This document shows positions 8,229-16,947 of a stretch of 32,242 nt of DNA, piece by piece; position 1 is the first letter of the stretch; each line of letters opens with the position of its first letter. The notes below the pieces were generated by a model. That model saw only the letters and a program-made list of their open reading frames with translations. It was not told the DNA's origin and searched no databases. This DNA comes from an uncultured Candidatus Saccharibacteria bacterium (GTDB taxonomy: Bacteria; Patescibacteriota; UBA1384; DATEAH01; CAYPSR01): NCBI GenBank assembly GCA_964413595.1, contig CAYPSR010000003.1:7950-40191 (forward strand). Reading direction: 5' to 3'. A program made the translations under genes and the position numbers.

Positions 8229-10698
8229 CCATTGGAATTTGACTTAAATCGCCTTTTTCCAATATTTTCTTTTCAACTGCTTCTCTGTGTTGACCATATT
8301 TTAATCTTGATAGTTGTATTATTTTGTCTCCCTTGTCCCTTTCCATTGGAATTGAATCTTTAATAGTTCTCATTGAAAAAGGATTAGAGGCAACCCCATC
8401 GATTAAAAGTTTTACATAGCAGTGGTATTTATCAACATTGATTAGATCTTCTTGATCAAAAACCGGCGCGTATTCTTTGGCAACATAATCAGCATCTTGC
8501 GCGCCAATTCTAAAACAAGCTAATGTTCCAATATTTCCAAAAACTGAATCGCGTATTTGTTCTGGAAGTTGAGCAATGTATTGATTGGTGATATTTAAAT
8601 TCAAACGATATTTTCTTGCTTCAGACAGGATTTGTGAAAAAGTATCTGTTGCAAAATTTTGGAACTCATCAACGTATAAATAAAAGTCTCTTCTTTGACC
8701 CTCTGGAATATCAGCGCGACTCATCGCCGCGGCTTGCAGTTTAGTTACTAAAATCATTCCCAAGAGATTTGAATTTATCTCGCCTATTTCGCCCTTTGAC
8801 AGATTGACTAATAATATTTTCCCTTCATCCATTATTTTTCTAAAATCAAATCCAGACTTTGCTTGGCCAATAATATTTCTCATCATTTCATTTGAAATAA
8901 AGCGTCCAAACTTTGATGTAAAATAATTAAGCATTTCTGATTTATGGAAATCAGCGGTTTGAGCAATTTGTTTTTGCCAGAACTGAACAACCTGTGGATC
9001 TTTGACATGTTTAATCATTTCTTCCATGTATGGCTTATCAATAAAAAGACGCGGAATATCAATTAATGTTCCGCCATCAGGATGGCTCATGACAGTAAGC
9101 GCAGCATTTCGCATCCAATGTTCCCATTGAGGGCCAACAATACCAGTTTTGTTTGGATCAAAAAGTTTGTAAAAAATTTGTATTGCTTCTTGAATTAAAA
9201 AGTCTTTTTGCTCAACTGTTCTCCATTCGAGCAAGTTTAAACCCATTGGGCGCTCAGTGTCAAAAGGATTAAAATAAATTACATCTTCTGCGCGCTCAGG
9301 CGGAATCTTTTGTAAAATATCTTCAACGGTATCCCCGTGAGGATCTAAATAGCATGCTCCTTTACCGCTTAAAATATCAGACATTATCATTGAAACAAAT
9401 AATGTTGATTTTCCAACGCCAGTCTTCCCTATTGCGTATAGATGTTTTCTTCTATCATCGTCTTTGATTCTAATTTGTCGTCTCTCGCCTCTAAAAATAC
9501 TTTCACCAATTATAAGACCTTCATTTGGAATGTTAGAGGGTGGCGCTGCATCTTTAGCAGCAAGCCAATTGATATTTGGAGTTTCGACAGTTGAATTTGG
9601 AAAATGATAAATTGATGCAATTTCCTCAGCATTTAAAGTCATAGATGAATCATCGCCATATGTTCTTAGCGCGTAGTCTGTTAATAATTCAGCTTTATTT
9701 TTAGGTTTGGTTTTAGCAAAAAGATTAAGTTCTGGATTAGAAAACTGTGAATAACTCGCGAGAATATTTGCACTTTGAGCTTCTGCTTCTTCGAGAGTGG
9801 GACAAGCAGTGATTATTCTTACTTTGGCATCAAAACCAACTTTGGAAATTTTTTCAGAAATTGATCGCATAAGATTTTCTTCAATTGGAGATACCTGGTG
9901 TGGTTTTTCATCTTCTGATTTAAGTTCTTTGCCAGCAGCGACTTTCGAGATATCTTTTGCAAGTCCTGACATTCCTTTAAATATTTTTGATCCTCCTCCT
10001 CCAAACATTGCTACATCTTTTCCGGACTGGATATCTTCAATTGCACTTTGTCCGGATTTTCGCCATGAGCTATCTTTCGGCCTAATCAATATTTGGATTA
10101 CACCAACAGAGTTATCGCCAAGTTTTGATAAAGCATTTGTTATTAATGATAATGGATCTGATTCTAAATAACGATAAGTTTTAATTGGTAACATTTCTTT
10201 TTTGGCAAGTTTTAATCCTGCAACTGCAATTTGTTGGTTTTCCGTAAAAGGATTATAATAAGGAACTTTTTCAACTAATGCTCCTGGATATTGAGCATGA
10301 ACTTGTTTTTCAACAAGGGATGAAAATTCATTCGGACAACTAACGTAAAAATTGATTTGTCCATCAACGGTTGCGATTTCAAAAGTTATATGGGGTTGAC
10401 CTACCATTTTTTGTTTCCACTCATCATTATATAAGCTAGAAAAAGAAGCGATCATTTGTTCAAATACGCCAACTAGTAATACAGATAATTCTTTTGAGTC
10501 TTTAATTTCTTCTTCTTTTTTTCCAGATCTTTTTGGTACTTTTATTAAAAACATCGTTCGTTTTAGGGCATTAGCTTTTTGGTGTTTTTTAGCCTTGTCT
10601 TTTTTATACATATTCCAACTAGAAATAGCCAAGGCTGCTCCAAGAATAATAGCAAATATGATAATAATTGTTGGTAGGTTGTTTAGAAAAAAATTCAT
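8191..10698 (-). CDS. Membrane-anchored TrwB/VirD4/HerA-superfamily ATPase, copy A
   Basis: N-terminal TM helix, Walker A GKTGVGKST, LDPHGD, Walker B YLYVDEFQNF, SEARKY, NQYIAQ; paralogous to 2403-5405 along its length. Confidence 0.9.
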   Translation of the reverse strand: MNFFLNNLPTIIIIFAIILGAALAISSWNMYKKDKAKKHQKANALKRTMFLIKVPKRSGKKEEEIKDSKELSVLLVGVFEQMIASFSSLYNDEWKQKMVGQPHITFEIATVDGQINFYVSCPNEFSSLVEKQVHAQYPGALVEKVPYYNPFTENQQIAVAGLKLAKKEMLPIKTYRYLESDPLSLITNALSKLGDNSVGVIQILIRPKDSSWRKSGQSAIEDIQSGKDVAMFGGGGSKIFKGMSGLAKDISKVAAGKELKSEDEKPHQVSPIEENLMRSISEKISKVGFDAKVRIITACPTLEEAEAQSANILASYSQFSNPELNLFAKTKPKNKAELLTDYALRTYGDDSSMTLNAEEIASIYHFPNSTVETPNINWLAAKDAAPPSNIPNEGLIIGESIFRGERRQIRIKDDDRRKHLYAIGKTGVGKSTLFVSMIMSDILSGKGACYLDPHGDTVEDILQKIPPERAEDVIYFNPFDTERPMGLNLLEWRTVEQKDFLIQEAIQIFYKLFDPNKTGIVGPQWEHWMRNAALTVMSHPDGGTLIDIPRLFIDKPYMEEMIKHVKDPQVVQFWQKQIAQTADFHKSEMLNYFTSKFGRFISNEMMRNIIGQAKSGFDFRKIMDEGKILLVNLSKGEIGEINSNLLGMILVTKLQAAAMSRADIPEGQRRDFYLYVDEFQNFATDTFSQILSEARKYRLNLNITNQYIAQLPEQIRDSVFGNIGTLACFRIGAQDADYVAKEYAPVFDQEDLINVDKYHCYVKLLIDGVASNPFSMRTIKDSIPMERDKGDKIIQLSRLKYGQHREAVEKKILEKGDLSQIPMDGGSIESPESRV

Positions 10699-10839
10699 AT
10701 TACTAGAAATTAATTACTACATATAATACAAATACTTACAAAAAATACGAATGATTTGTATAGTTTGTATATATTTATAAAATTCGTAGGATAAGATTTG
10801 TAAATTGTAATTTTGCCACCCCACACATATTTTTTGCAT

Positions 10840-10943
10840 ATATCCTTCGCAAAGCTACGGATATCAAGAAAGCCTTGGGTGGTCGTCCATAGCTTTTGGT
10901 GACGGACGATTTTTTACTCTAGCGTCAAATTATAACGTCTAGA
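10840..10943. repeat. Three short intergenic hairpins (REP-like)
   Basis: ATATCC-TTCGCAAAGCTAC-GGATAT, GTCGTCC-ATAGCTTTTGGTGAC-GGACGAT (a related core in the opposite orientation) and TCTAG...CTAGA. Confidence 0.55.
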
Positions 10944-10986
10944 TTCTGTTTTTATTTTTGTTTTCAGTATATCTTTTGATATTAAA

Positions 10987-11310
10987 TTAAGCAACTTCTG
11001 CTAAATTATCAGAGTTGTTTGTCTGGTTGATTTCGGCTATCACTCTTGATAATTCAGAGTCATCTGTAACTTGTGGTAATCCAACCGCATTTCTTGTGAT
11101 TTCTGTTTGGGCTTGAGCAGATTTTGTTTCATGGGCAGGTCTTGGCGCTTGATTATTTGTTGGTGTTTGCACAGAATTTAATGCTTGCTGTGTAGAGTTA
11201 TTTGCAAATTCAAAACCAGGAGCTGGTTGAGCTTCTGAATTTATGATTGGTTGTGTTGGTTGTCCAGAATCTGGTTGGGCTAATCTTGGCTGGGGTAAGT
11301 TATTTTCCAT
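10987..11310 (-). CDS. Hypothetical Q/P/N-rich disordered protein
   Basis: 107-aa ORF overlapping the upstream gene by 11 nt; low complexity. Confidence 0.7.
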   Translation of the reverse strand: MENNLPQPRLAQPDSGQPTQPIINSEAQPAPGFEFANNSTQQALNSVQTPTNNQAPRPAHETKSAQAQTEITRNAVGLPQVTDDSELSRVIAEINQTNNSDNLAEVA

Positions 11311-11650
11311 GGTTTGTTATGTTATTAAAATAATTTCTAATATTTTCCAGCTCTTGCTGATCTTGTTTATTTAATTCTCCCTTAATCATATTATCCAACT
11401 TTTTTTTGATTTTTGCAATAATTTCATCGTTGTACTTTTTAACTATCTTGTTTTTTTGATTTTTTAAATCTATTAATTTTGTTTTATTAGCATTGCTGGC
11501 TTTATATTTTTCTAAAACTTCTTTAATTGCCGGAATATCTTCGTCAGATAGGTTTTTAATTAAAAGTAACCAAAAATCTTTTTCAGAAATTGGCATTTGT
11601 GAAAATATGATTTGTTGTTTCAATTTTTGCAATTCGTTGTTATTTTCCAT
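11300..11650 (-). CDS. Hypothetical helical protein
   Basis: 116-aa ORF tightly packed between co-oriented genes. Confidence 0.7.
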   Translation of the reverse strand: MENNNELQKLKQQIIFSQMPISEKDFWLLLIKNLSDEDIPAIKEVLEKYKASNANKTKLIDLKNQKNKIVKKYNDEIIAKIKKKLDNMIKGELNKQDQQELENIRNYFNNITNHGK

Positions 11651-11660
11651 AATATTTATT

Positions 11661-12557
11661 TTAAGCTGCTTGGTCTAAATTTGATAAATCAACGCTTTGA
11701 ATTTCGTTGGATGTTTTAGGTATCGGAAGCTGAATAATTCCCAATTGTTCTTTTTTTGGCTTTGATGCTAAAGCTAGTTTTTGGTCGGATATTTTTGGTT
11801 GAGATTGAGCAATTGGGATTTTTTTATCTTGGTTATTTTCCAAAGTCATCATTTGTTTTTGATCAAGGCTAGCGCGTGAAAAATCAGGTCTAATAATTCC
11901 CATTTCACTTGCTTGGTTTTGAGTGGATATTTGAGAAGGGTTTTCAGCTATTGGTTGAGAAGAAGGAATTTGTTTTTGAGTTTGTGGTTGAGCATTAGCT
12001 TGAATGTTTTGGCCAGATGCGGTTTGAGAAATTGCGGGCTTAGTATCAACAACATCTTCAATTCGGGTTTCTATAGATGGTTCATCAGATTTTGATAATT
12101 CCTTGGTATAATATGAGTTGGTTGTTAGTTCTGGAATGTTTGGGGATTTTGAGAGGAGTTGTCTAGCAAGATTTTTAATTTCTTGGGCTAAAAGTTGGTC
12201 AGAACTTTCAATATCTTCAATCATTTTTTGAATATCAGTGTAACTTGGAGCCTTAATGCCCTCGTTCCAAGTTTGTACAATATCATTTATAATTCTTTGG
12301 ATTTTTTCTGGTTCCAATCTTTTTGATTCTAGCCAAATCTTTGATTCCTCACCCAAAACTTTTATAACTGCTGCAATATCAACTGGTTTTTCGTCTGGAA
12401 CCTCTTTTTGTCCAAATCTTGATGGTAATCCAAATCCTTCTGGACCGCCAAAACCGCCATCGCCCATTTGTGGGAAACCGCCTGGAAAACCTGATCCGCT
12501 TCCTTGTTGTCCTGAAGAACCATAATCGTAAGCCACAACCATCATCCCATTAGGCAT
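11661..12557 (-). CDS. Hypothetical protein (G/F/P-rich N-terminus, helical middle, Q-rich tail)
   Basis: 298-aa ORF, first gene after a consensus promoter. Confidence 0.75.
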   Translation of the reverse strand: MPNGMMVVAYDYGSSGQQGSGSGFPGGFPQMGDGGFGGPEGFGLPSRFGQKEVPDEKPVDIAAVIKVLGEESKIWLESKRLEPEKIQRIINDIVQTWNEGIKAPSYTDIQKMIEDIESSDQLLAQEIKNLARQLLSKSPNIPELTTNSYYTKELSKSDEPSIETRIEDVVDTKPAISQTASGQNIQANAQPQTQKQIPSSQPIAENPSQISTQNQASEMGIIRPDFSRASLDQKQMMTLENNQDKKIPIAQSQPKISDQKLALASKPKKEQLGIIQLPIPKTSNEIQSVDLSNLDQAA

Positions 12558-12834
12558 TTCAAAGAAATATACTTAAATCTCATCTAGCCCTACAGATATA
12601 CAGATCTATACAGATATTACAGATAAGATGTAAAGTCTATTTTATTGTGCCGTCTGGTCCTACTAATTTAACCCAAAGGGTTCCCTTCGGGACGAATTTA
12701 TACCCCAGTAAAATACTCGCTTTTCTCGTGGTTTCCATCCACACACCAAAGTGTCGTATTTACAGGGCAGGTAAATATTACTAATAAAATATAAGACAAA
12801 AAAATAAGGGGCCCCTTTTATTTATCTGAATTAA

Positions 12835-12863
12835 ATTATACTATTAAAATAAGTAAATGTCAA
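12835..12863 (-). promoter_or_regulatory. Consensus sigma-70 promoter for the 12557-> gene cluster
   Basis: Perfect TTGACA-17bp-TATAAT on the minus strand. Confidence 0.8.
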
Positions 12864-12876
12864 TGGTTTTGTCGTC

Positions 12877-12956
12877 GTCATTTCGAGTGTAAGTGAGAAA
12901 TCTCATTTTAGTATTGATTTTGGGATTTTTCAACCACGCTACTTTTTCAAAACGAC
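12877..12956 (+). repeat. 28-bp dispersed repeat with degenerate inverted partner
   Basis: GTCATTTCGAGTGTAAGTGAGAAATCTC (12877-12904), then GGGATTTTT...TCAAAACGAC. Confidence 0.75.
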
Positions 12957-12971
12957 AACTAAAATTTAAGT

Positions 12972-13424
12972 TTAGAGTTTGATTTTCTTAGCGATTTTTT
13001 CTAATTCTTTTGCGGAAAAAACTTTACCATATTTTGTAGGAAATTTTAAGCCAAAGCCGTCATTTAAATATCGTGGAATAATGTGGATATGAGCGTGTGG
13101 AATTTCTTGACCCGCCACTTCCCCATCGGCATAAAATAAATTGATACCTTTTGCATTGATTTCACCATCTCTTAGCACTTTGTTTATTTTTTTCATGACC
13201 TCAGCCATTTTACAAAGATCATTGACTTTAACATCTTTTAATAGTTCTGAGTGTTTTTTAGGAATTACTAAAACATGACCAGCATTTATTGGCTTTATGT
13301 CTAAAAAGGCTAAGACTTTGTCGTCTTCATAAATTTTTGCAGAAGGAATCTCGCCTTTAACAATTTTACAAAAAATACAACCATCATCCTTAACATTTTT
13401 TTTATTAAAATTTCTTTGTGCCAT
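12972..13424 (-). CDS. HIT (histidine triad) family hydrolase
   Basis: CIFCKI, AFLDIKP..GHVLVIPK.H, AGQEIPHAHIHIIPR. Confidence 0.95.
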   Translation of the reverse strand: MAQRNFNKKNVKDDGCIFCKIVKGEIPSAKIYEDDKVLAFLDIKPINAGHVLVIPKKHSELLKDVKVNDLCKMAEVMKKINKVLRDGEINAKGINLFYADGEVAGQEIPHAHIHIIPRYLNDGFGLKFPTKYGKVFSAKELEKIAKKIKL

Positions 13425-13617
13425 CTGTTCTACTAATTACGAATTTATACTAATATACTAATAAAACCAATCTGTAATATCTGTAGGATATTTTTGGGGA
13501 TTTAGGAATTCATTATTATTTGACTCCTCAAAGAGGGTGGAGAACTTCCGAGATTCCGGACTCCCACTTCGTTAAAACTCCGCAGGACCAGCAAACTTAA
13601 AATGACATAATTAAAAA

Positions 13618-14910
13618 TTACTTTGTGCCGATTCTTGTCATTACTTCTTTAATTACAGATTCTGGTGCAAAATTAGGTTGACTGTTTGAATTAATAGCAA
13701 TTGGGTTTATTTTAAATGATTGTATTTGATTATAGTCAAAATTTATATTAAGAGTCAAGCCTTGCTGAGTTTCCTCTGACCAATATTGATCAAAAACAAA
13801 ATTGCCAAGTGAATAAAAAATAAGACCATTTTTATAATATTCAAAATCTTGGGCAACGTGTGGATGAGATCCAATTATCAAATCTGCGCCTGAATCTATC
13901 ATTTCATGTGCAAAATCTTCTTGGTCGGCTCTGTGTTTTGGTGTATATTCGGTGCCTGCGTGCATACTAATTACAGTCAGATTAGCGGTTTTTTTAGCAT
14001 TTTCAAGACCACGATTAATTAGTGCTATTTGTTGCCAAGAACAAAGTCCAGGATATTTGTCATCGGCTCGATATGAAACTGGTGTTGAGTCAACTCCATC
14101 AACTGCTAAAAACGCAATTTTTAAACCTTTCACATCTATTATTTTTGGTTCACAAGATGTTTTATTAGTTTCGCCCGCTCCGGTATAGCCAATTTCATTT
14201 TGAGTTAAAAGTTTCATTGTGTAGCTCATACCAGCGTTTTGTTGGTTTCCAAAATGATTATTTGCTAAAGATAAAACATCAAATCCGGCTGTTTTTAATC
14301 CTTCCACAGCCTTAGGTTCTGCTCCAAAAACCATGCCTGTATCTGTTGGTTGTGCAGTTTCTGAAAATGGTGACTCTAGATTTGCAAAAGCTACATCGTA
14401 TTGGGAAATTGTCTTTGCAAGATATTTAAATGGAATTTGATAATCGTTTAAATTTGCCATTTTTACGCCAACGTGGCGCGCAAGCATTATATCGCCTGCG
14501 GCAAACATATTCCAAGTATTTTGGCTATATTTTGATACTAATTTGTCAATTTTATTGGTTTTAAAGTTTAAGTAAACAGAATCGTACTTTCTAATATATT
14601 CGTAGTTTCCCTGGTTTTCATAAGAATTTAAATATAACTTTCCCACTTCCTGAGATTTATAGTTTGAAATTTTAGTTTTTGAAACAATAATGTCAGCATT
14701 GTTTTCTTCACTTTGAACTTGAATTTTTTGATTGTTTTCTGTTGCCCACTCTCGAATTTTCGTTTCATATGTTTCACCTAGGTTTTCAGAAATAAAAACT
14801 TTGTAGGCATTGTCTGCACCCGTGGCATTTTGATGTAGCTTATTGGGTTTTAAAAAATAAACCAAAATCGCTATAACTAAAATTGTGAGAATCAAATATC
14901 TAAGCTTCAT
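13618..14910 (-). CDS. CapA / PGA_cap family metallophosphatase-fold protein, membrane-anchored
   Basis: GDIML, NLESP, SLANNH, HAGTEY, GSHPHV, YSLGNFVFDQ; N-terminal hydrophobic helix. Confidence 0.93.
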   Translation of the reverse strand: MKLRYLILTILVIAILVYFLKPNKLHQNATGADNAYKVFISENLGETYETKIREWATENNQKIQVQSEENNADIIVSKTKISNYKSQEVGKLYLNSYENQGNYEYIRKYDSVYLNFKTNKIDKLVSKYSQNTWNMFAAGDIMLARHVGVKMANLNDYQIPFKYLAKTISQYDVAFANLESPFSETAQPTDTGMVFGAEPKAVEGLKTAGFDVLSLANNHFGNQQNAGMSYTMKLLTQNEIGYTGAGETNKTSCEPKIIDVKGLKIAFLAVDGVDSTPVSYRADDKYPGLCSWQQIALINRGLENAKKTANLTVISMHAGTEYTPKHRADQEDFAHEMIDSGADLIIGSHPHVAQDFEYYKNGLIFYSLGNFVFDQYWSEETQQGLTLNINFDYNQIQSFKINPIAINSNSQPNFAPESVIKEVMTRIGTK

Positions 14911-14967
14911 AACTTAATTATAGCATAAAATAATAGTTATTAGCTATAAGTTAAAAGCTAATAGATT

Positions 14968-15097
14968 GTCATTTCGAGTGAAGGCGAGCAATCTCATAAA
15001 AATATTTATGCTCAAATCAAACACTGAGGTTTCTGCCTCTACCTGTGGCAGATAGGTGCTGGTAGGCAGGAATCGTCGTCAAGCTCCTCAAAATGAC
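14968..15097 (+). repeat. 28-bp dispersed repeat with interrupted inverted partner
   Basis: GTCATTTCGAGTGAAGGCGAGCAATCTC (14968-14995). The partner GAGGTTTC...CTCAAAATGAC contains a nested CTGCCT...AGGCAG palindrome. Confidence 0.7.
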
Positions 15098-15145
15098 AAC
15101 TTCAAATCCTTTAAAGTTTAATATGTTATGGACCACTATAATCTG

Positions 15146-15174
15146 TTGACTTTATTCAAAATTAAACTTATAAT
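15146..15174 (+). promoter_or_regulatory. Sigma-70 promoter
   Basis: TTGACT-17bp-TATAAT upstream of 15233. Confidence 0.7.
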
Positions 15175-15232
15175 TAATGCTAGAATATATAAAATTATTT
15201 TGATCTAACAAGATCAACTAGAGGGTAAATTA

Positions 15233-15760
15233 ATGTCTAAAACATTAAGTGTTTTAATAACTATCTTAGCTGTTGTAGTATTAGCTGGAATTGGTTATTA
15301 TTTTTTAAACCAAAACTTCCAGAATCAAAAAGATGATTTACAAGCTCAAATTACAGATTTACAATCTCAAGCAAAAACATCAGGTTCTTCTGCATCCGCA
15401 CCAGCCTTAGTTGATCAAGGTGACGGTATTACGGTATTAGAAACCAAAGAAGCAAAAGCAATTTGTAAAAGTCTTTATCCAGAATTAACTTATGTGTCCG
15501 AAATCAAAGACTCAATGGCTGCTAACTGTGGTATAAATAGAATTTATGGTGATTATGCAAAGGGCTTGTCCGGTAGCCAAGGTGCTGGTGCTAATTGGTT
15601 AGCAATAAAAACCAATAACAAGTGGAAAATAAAAACTATTTCACAAGCCGACTGGTTTTGCAACGAATTGCAAAAATATAACTTTCCGAGCGGAATACTT
15701 GGAAAAGATAGTGATGGCAAATGCTATAATGAAACCACAAATAAGCTAGAACTATATTAA
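15233..15760 (+). CDS. Hypothetical surface protein (N-terminal TM, short coiled coil, four Cys)
   Basis: GAGGG RBS, own promoter and terminator, hydrophobic N-terminus. Confidence 0.85.
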   Translation: MSKTLSVLITILAVVVLAGIGYYFLNQNFQNQKDDLQAQITDLQSQAKTSGSSASAPALVDQGDGITVLETKEAKAICKSLYPELTYVSEIKDSMAANCGINRIYGDYAKGLSGSQGAGANWLAIKTNNKWKIKTISQADWFCNELQKYNFPSGILGKDSDGKCYNETTNKLELY

Positions 15761-15780
15761 GCTTCATATTAATAAACATC

Positions 15781-15809
15781 AAAAGCCCGGTGTTTTTGCC
15801 GGGCTTTTT
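15781..15809 (+). terminator. Intrinsic terminator
   Basis: AAAAGCCCGG-N8-CCGGGCTTTTT directly after the stop codon. Confidence 0.85.
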
Positions 15810-15912
15810 GAATCTCAATAATTTTATAATTTACGACTGAATTACAATAAGATATCAACGATCAACGATATTTAGTTGTTTTCTAATTCAGTCATGAATA
15901 TTTTGCGGGGAC

Positions 15913-15941
15913 TTGACAAATATATCCATCCATGCTAAACT
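15913..15941 (+). promoter_or_regulatory. Sigma-70 promoter for transglycosylase gene
   Basis: TTGACA-17bp-TAAACT with TG extension. Confidence 0.8.
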
Positions 15942-15946
15942 AGTGA

Positions 15947-16094
15947 TGTTTTTGGGAAAAATAAGTATAAATTGAAGCTAATATAGCTTCATTTTTATTT
16001 AAGCACCATTGGCTTAAATAGGCTCGATTAATTGAGCTTTCGTCCCTAACGGGATATGTACTTACAGGAGGAATTTAAATATTGCCCAAAGACA
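15947..16094 (+). ncRNA. Candidate structured 5' leader RNA (multi-way junction)
   Basis: Six mutually compatible helices read from the sequence: two long-range stems enclosing four hairpins. It begins at the predicted transcription start. Confidence 0.6.
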
Positions 16095-16101
16095 AAAATG
16101 T

Positions 16102-16806
16102 ATGAAAAAAATCCTTATTGGATTTTTCATCTTCGCGGGATTAATTTCTTTAGCTGGAATCTTGCAATCAAAAGATACTGTAAAAAGACACGAAATTTCT
16201 TTAAACCTATCTTCAAGTTTTCCTTTAAAAACAGTTAAAGCAACAAAGTTAAAAAGAACTGAAATCAAATTTGGTAGTAAAAACACTCTAAAGATTGTTC
16301 GCAACAAAATTGAAATTGTTGCTGGACTTTCTAATGAGCAAATTGAACTTGCTAAAATCGCTGAATCTAAAAAAGCTAAGCAAACAGTAGTATTAAGTTA
16401 CACACCTGTTCCGGTTCAAGTAGCTGTTGTAACTTATGGTGGTAACTTTGATTCTTTGTATCAAGGAGCTGGTTCACAATATGGTGTTCCATGGCAGGTT
16501 TTGGCCGCCATTCACTCTGTTGAAACCGGACAATCTGGTGATACTTCTATTGGTTCATACGCTGGTGCTCAAGGTCCAATGCAATTTTTACCTTCAACAT
16601 GGAGGGCTTATGGGGTTGACGCTGATGGTGATGGAGTTGCTAGAATTACTTCTGTAGTTGATGCAATTTATGGCGCTGCTCACTACGTTTCTGCAAACAT
16701 GAGAACACGCGGTGGTTTAGTTGGTGGTATTTATGCATATAATCACTCGGGATCTTATGTAAACAAAGTTTTGTCTATTGCCAGATCTTGGGGATTTGCT
16801 GGATAA
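16102..16806 (+). CDS. Secreted lytic transglycosylase (SLT / lysozyme-like) domain protein
   Basis: Signal-like N-terminus; VPWQVLAAIHSVET (catalytic Glu), SYAGAQGPMQFLPSTW, DADGDG, AYNHS..YV. Confidence 0.92.
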   Translation: MKKILIGFFIFAGLISLAGILQSKDTVKRHEISLNLSSSFPLKTVKATKLKRTEIKFGSKNTLKIVRNKIEIVAGLSNEQIELAKIAESKKAKQTVVLSYTPVPVQVAVVTYGGNFDSLYQGAGSQYGVPWQVLAAIHSVETGQSGDTSIGSYAGAQGPMQFLPSTWRAYGVDADGDGVARITSVVDAIYGAAHYVSANMRTRGGLVGGIYAYNHSGSYVNKVLSIARSWGFAG

Positions 16807-16860
16807 TTGATGTAGATAATAAGTCATAAATAATAGATCAGAAAGAAAAATCTGACAAAG

Positions 16861-16889
16861 AAAACCCCCGCGTTCTTGCGGGGGTTTTT
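16861..16889 (+). terminator. Intrinsic (probably bidirectional) terminator
   Basis: AAAACCCCCGC-N7-GCGGGGGTTTTT between convergent genes. Confidence 0.88.
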
Positions 16890-16947
16890 GTATGGTGTTG
16901 TTTTGAACACATTCAATAAACCCAGTGTAAATCCAGTGAGAAATTTC

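Noticed and set aside
2403-10698. Integrated conjugative element or prophage
   Set aside because: No relaxase, integrase, mating-pair or phage structural genes, and no bounding att repeats recognised.
15947-16094. c-di-AMP (ydaO) riboswitch or tRNA
   Set aside because: Conserved ydaO segments and tRNA D/T-loop consensus are not recognisable; kept only as an unclassified structure.
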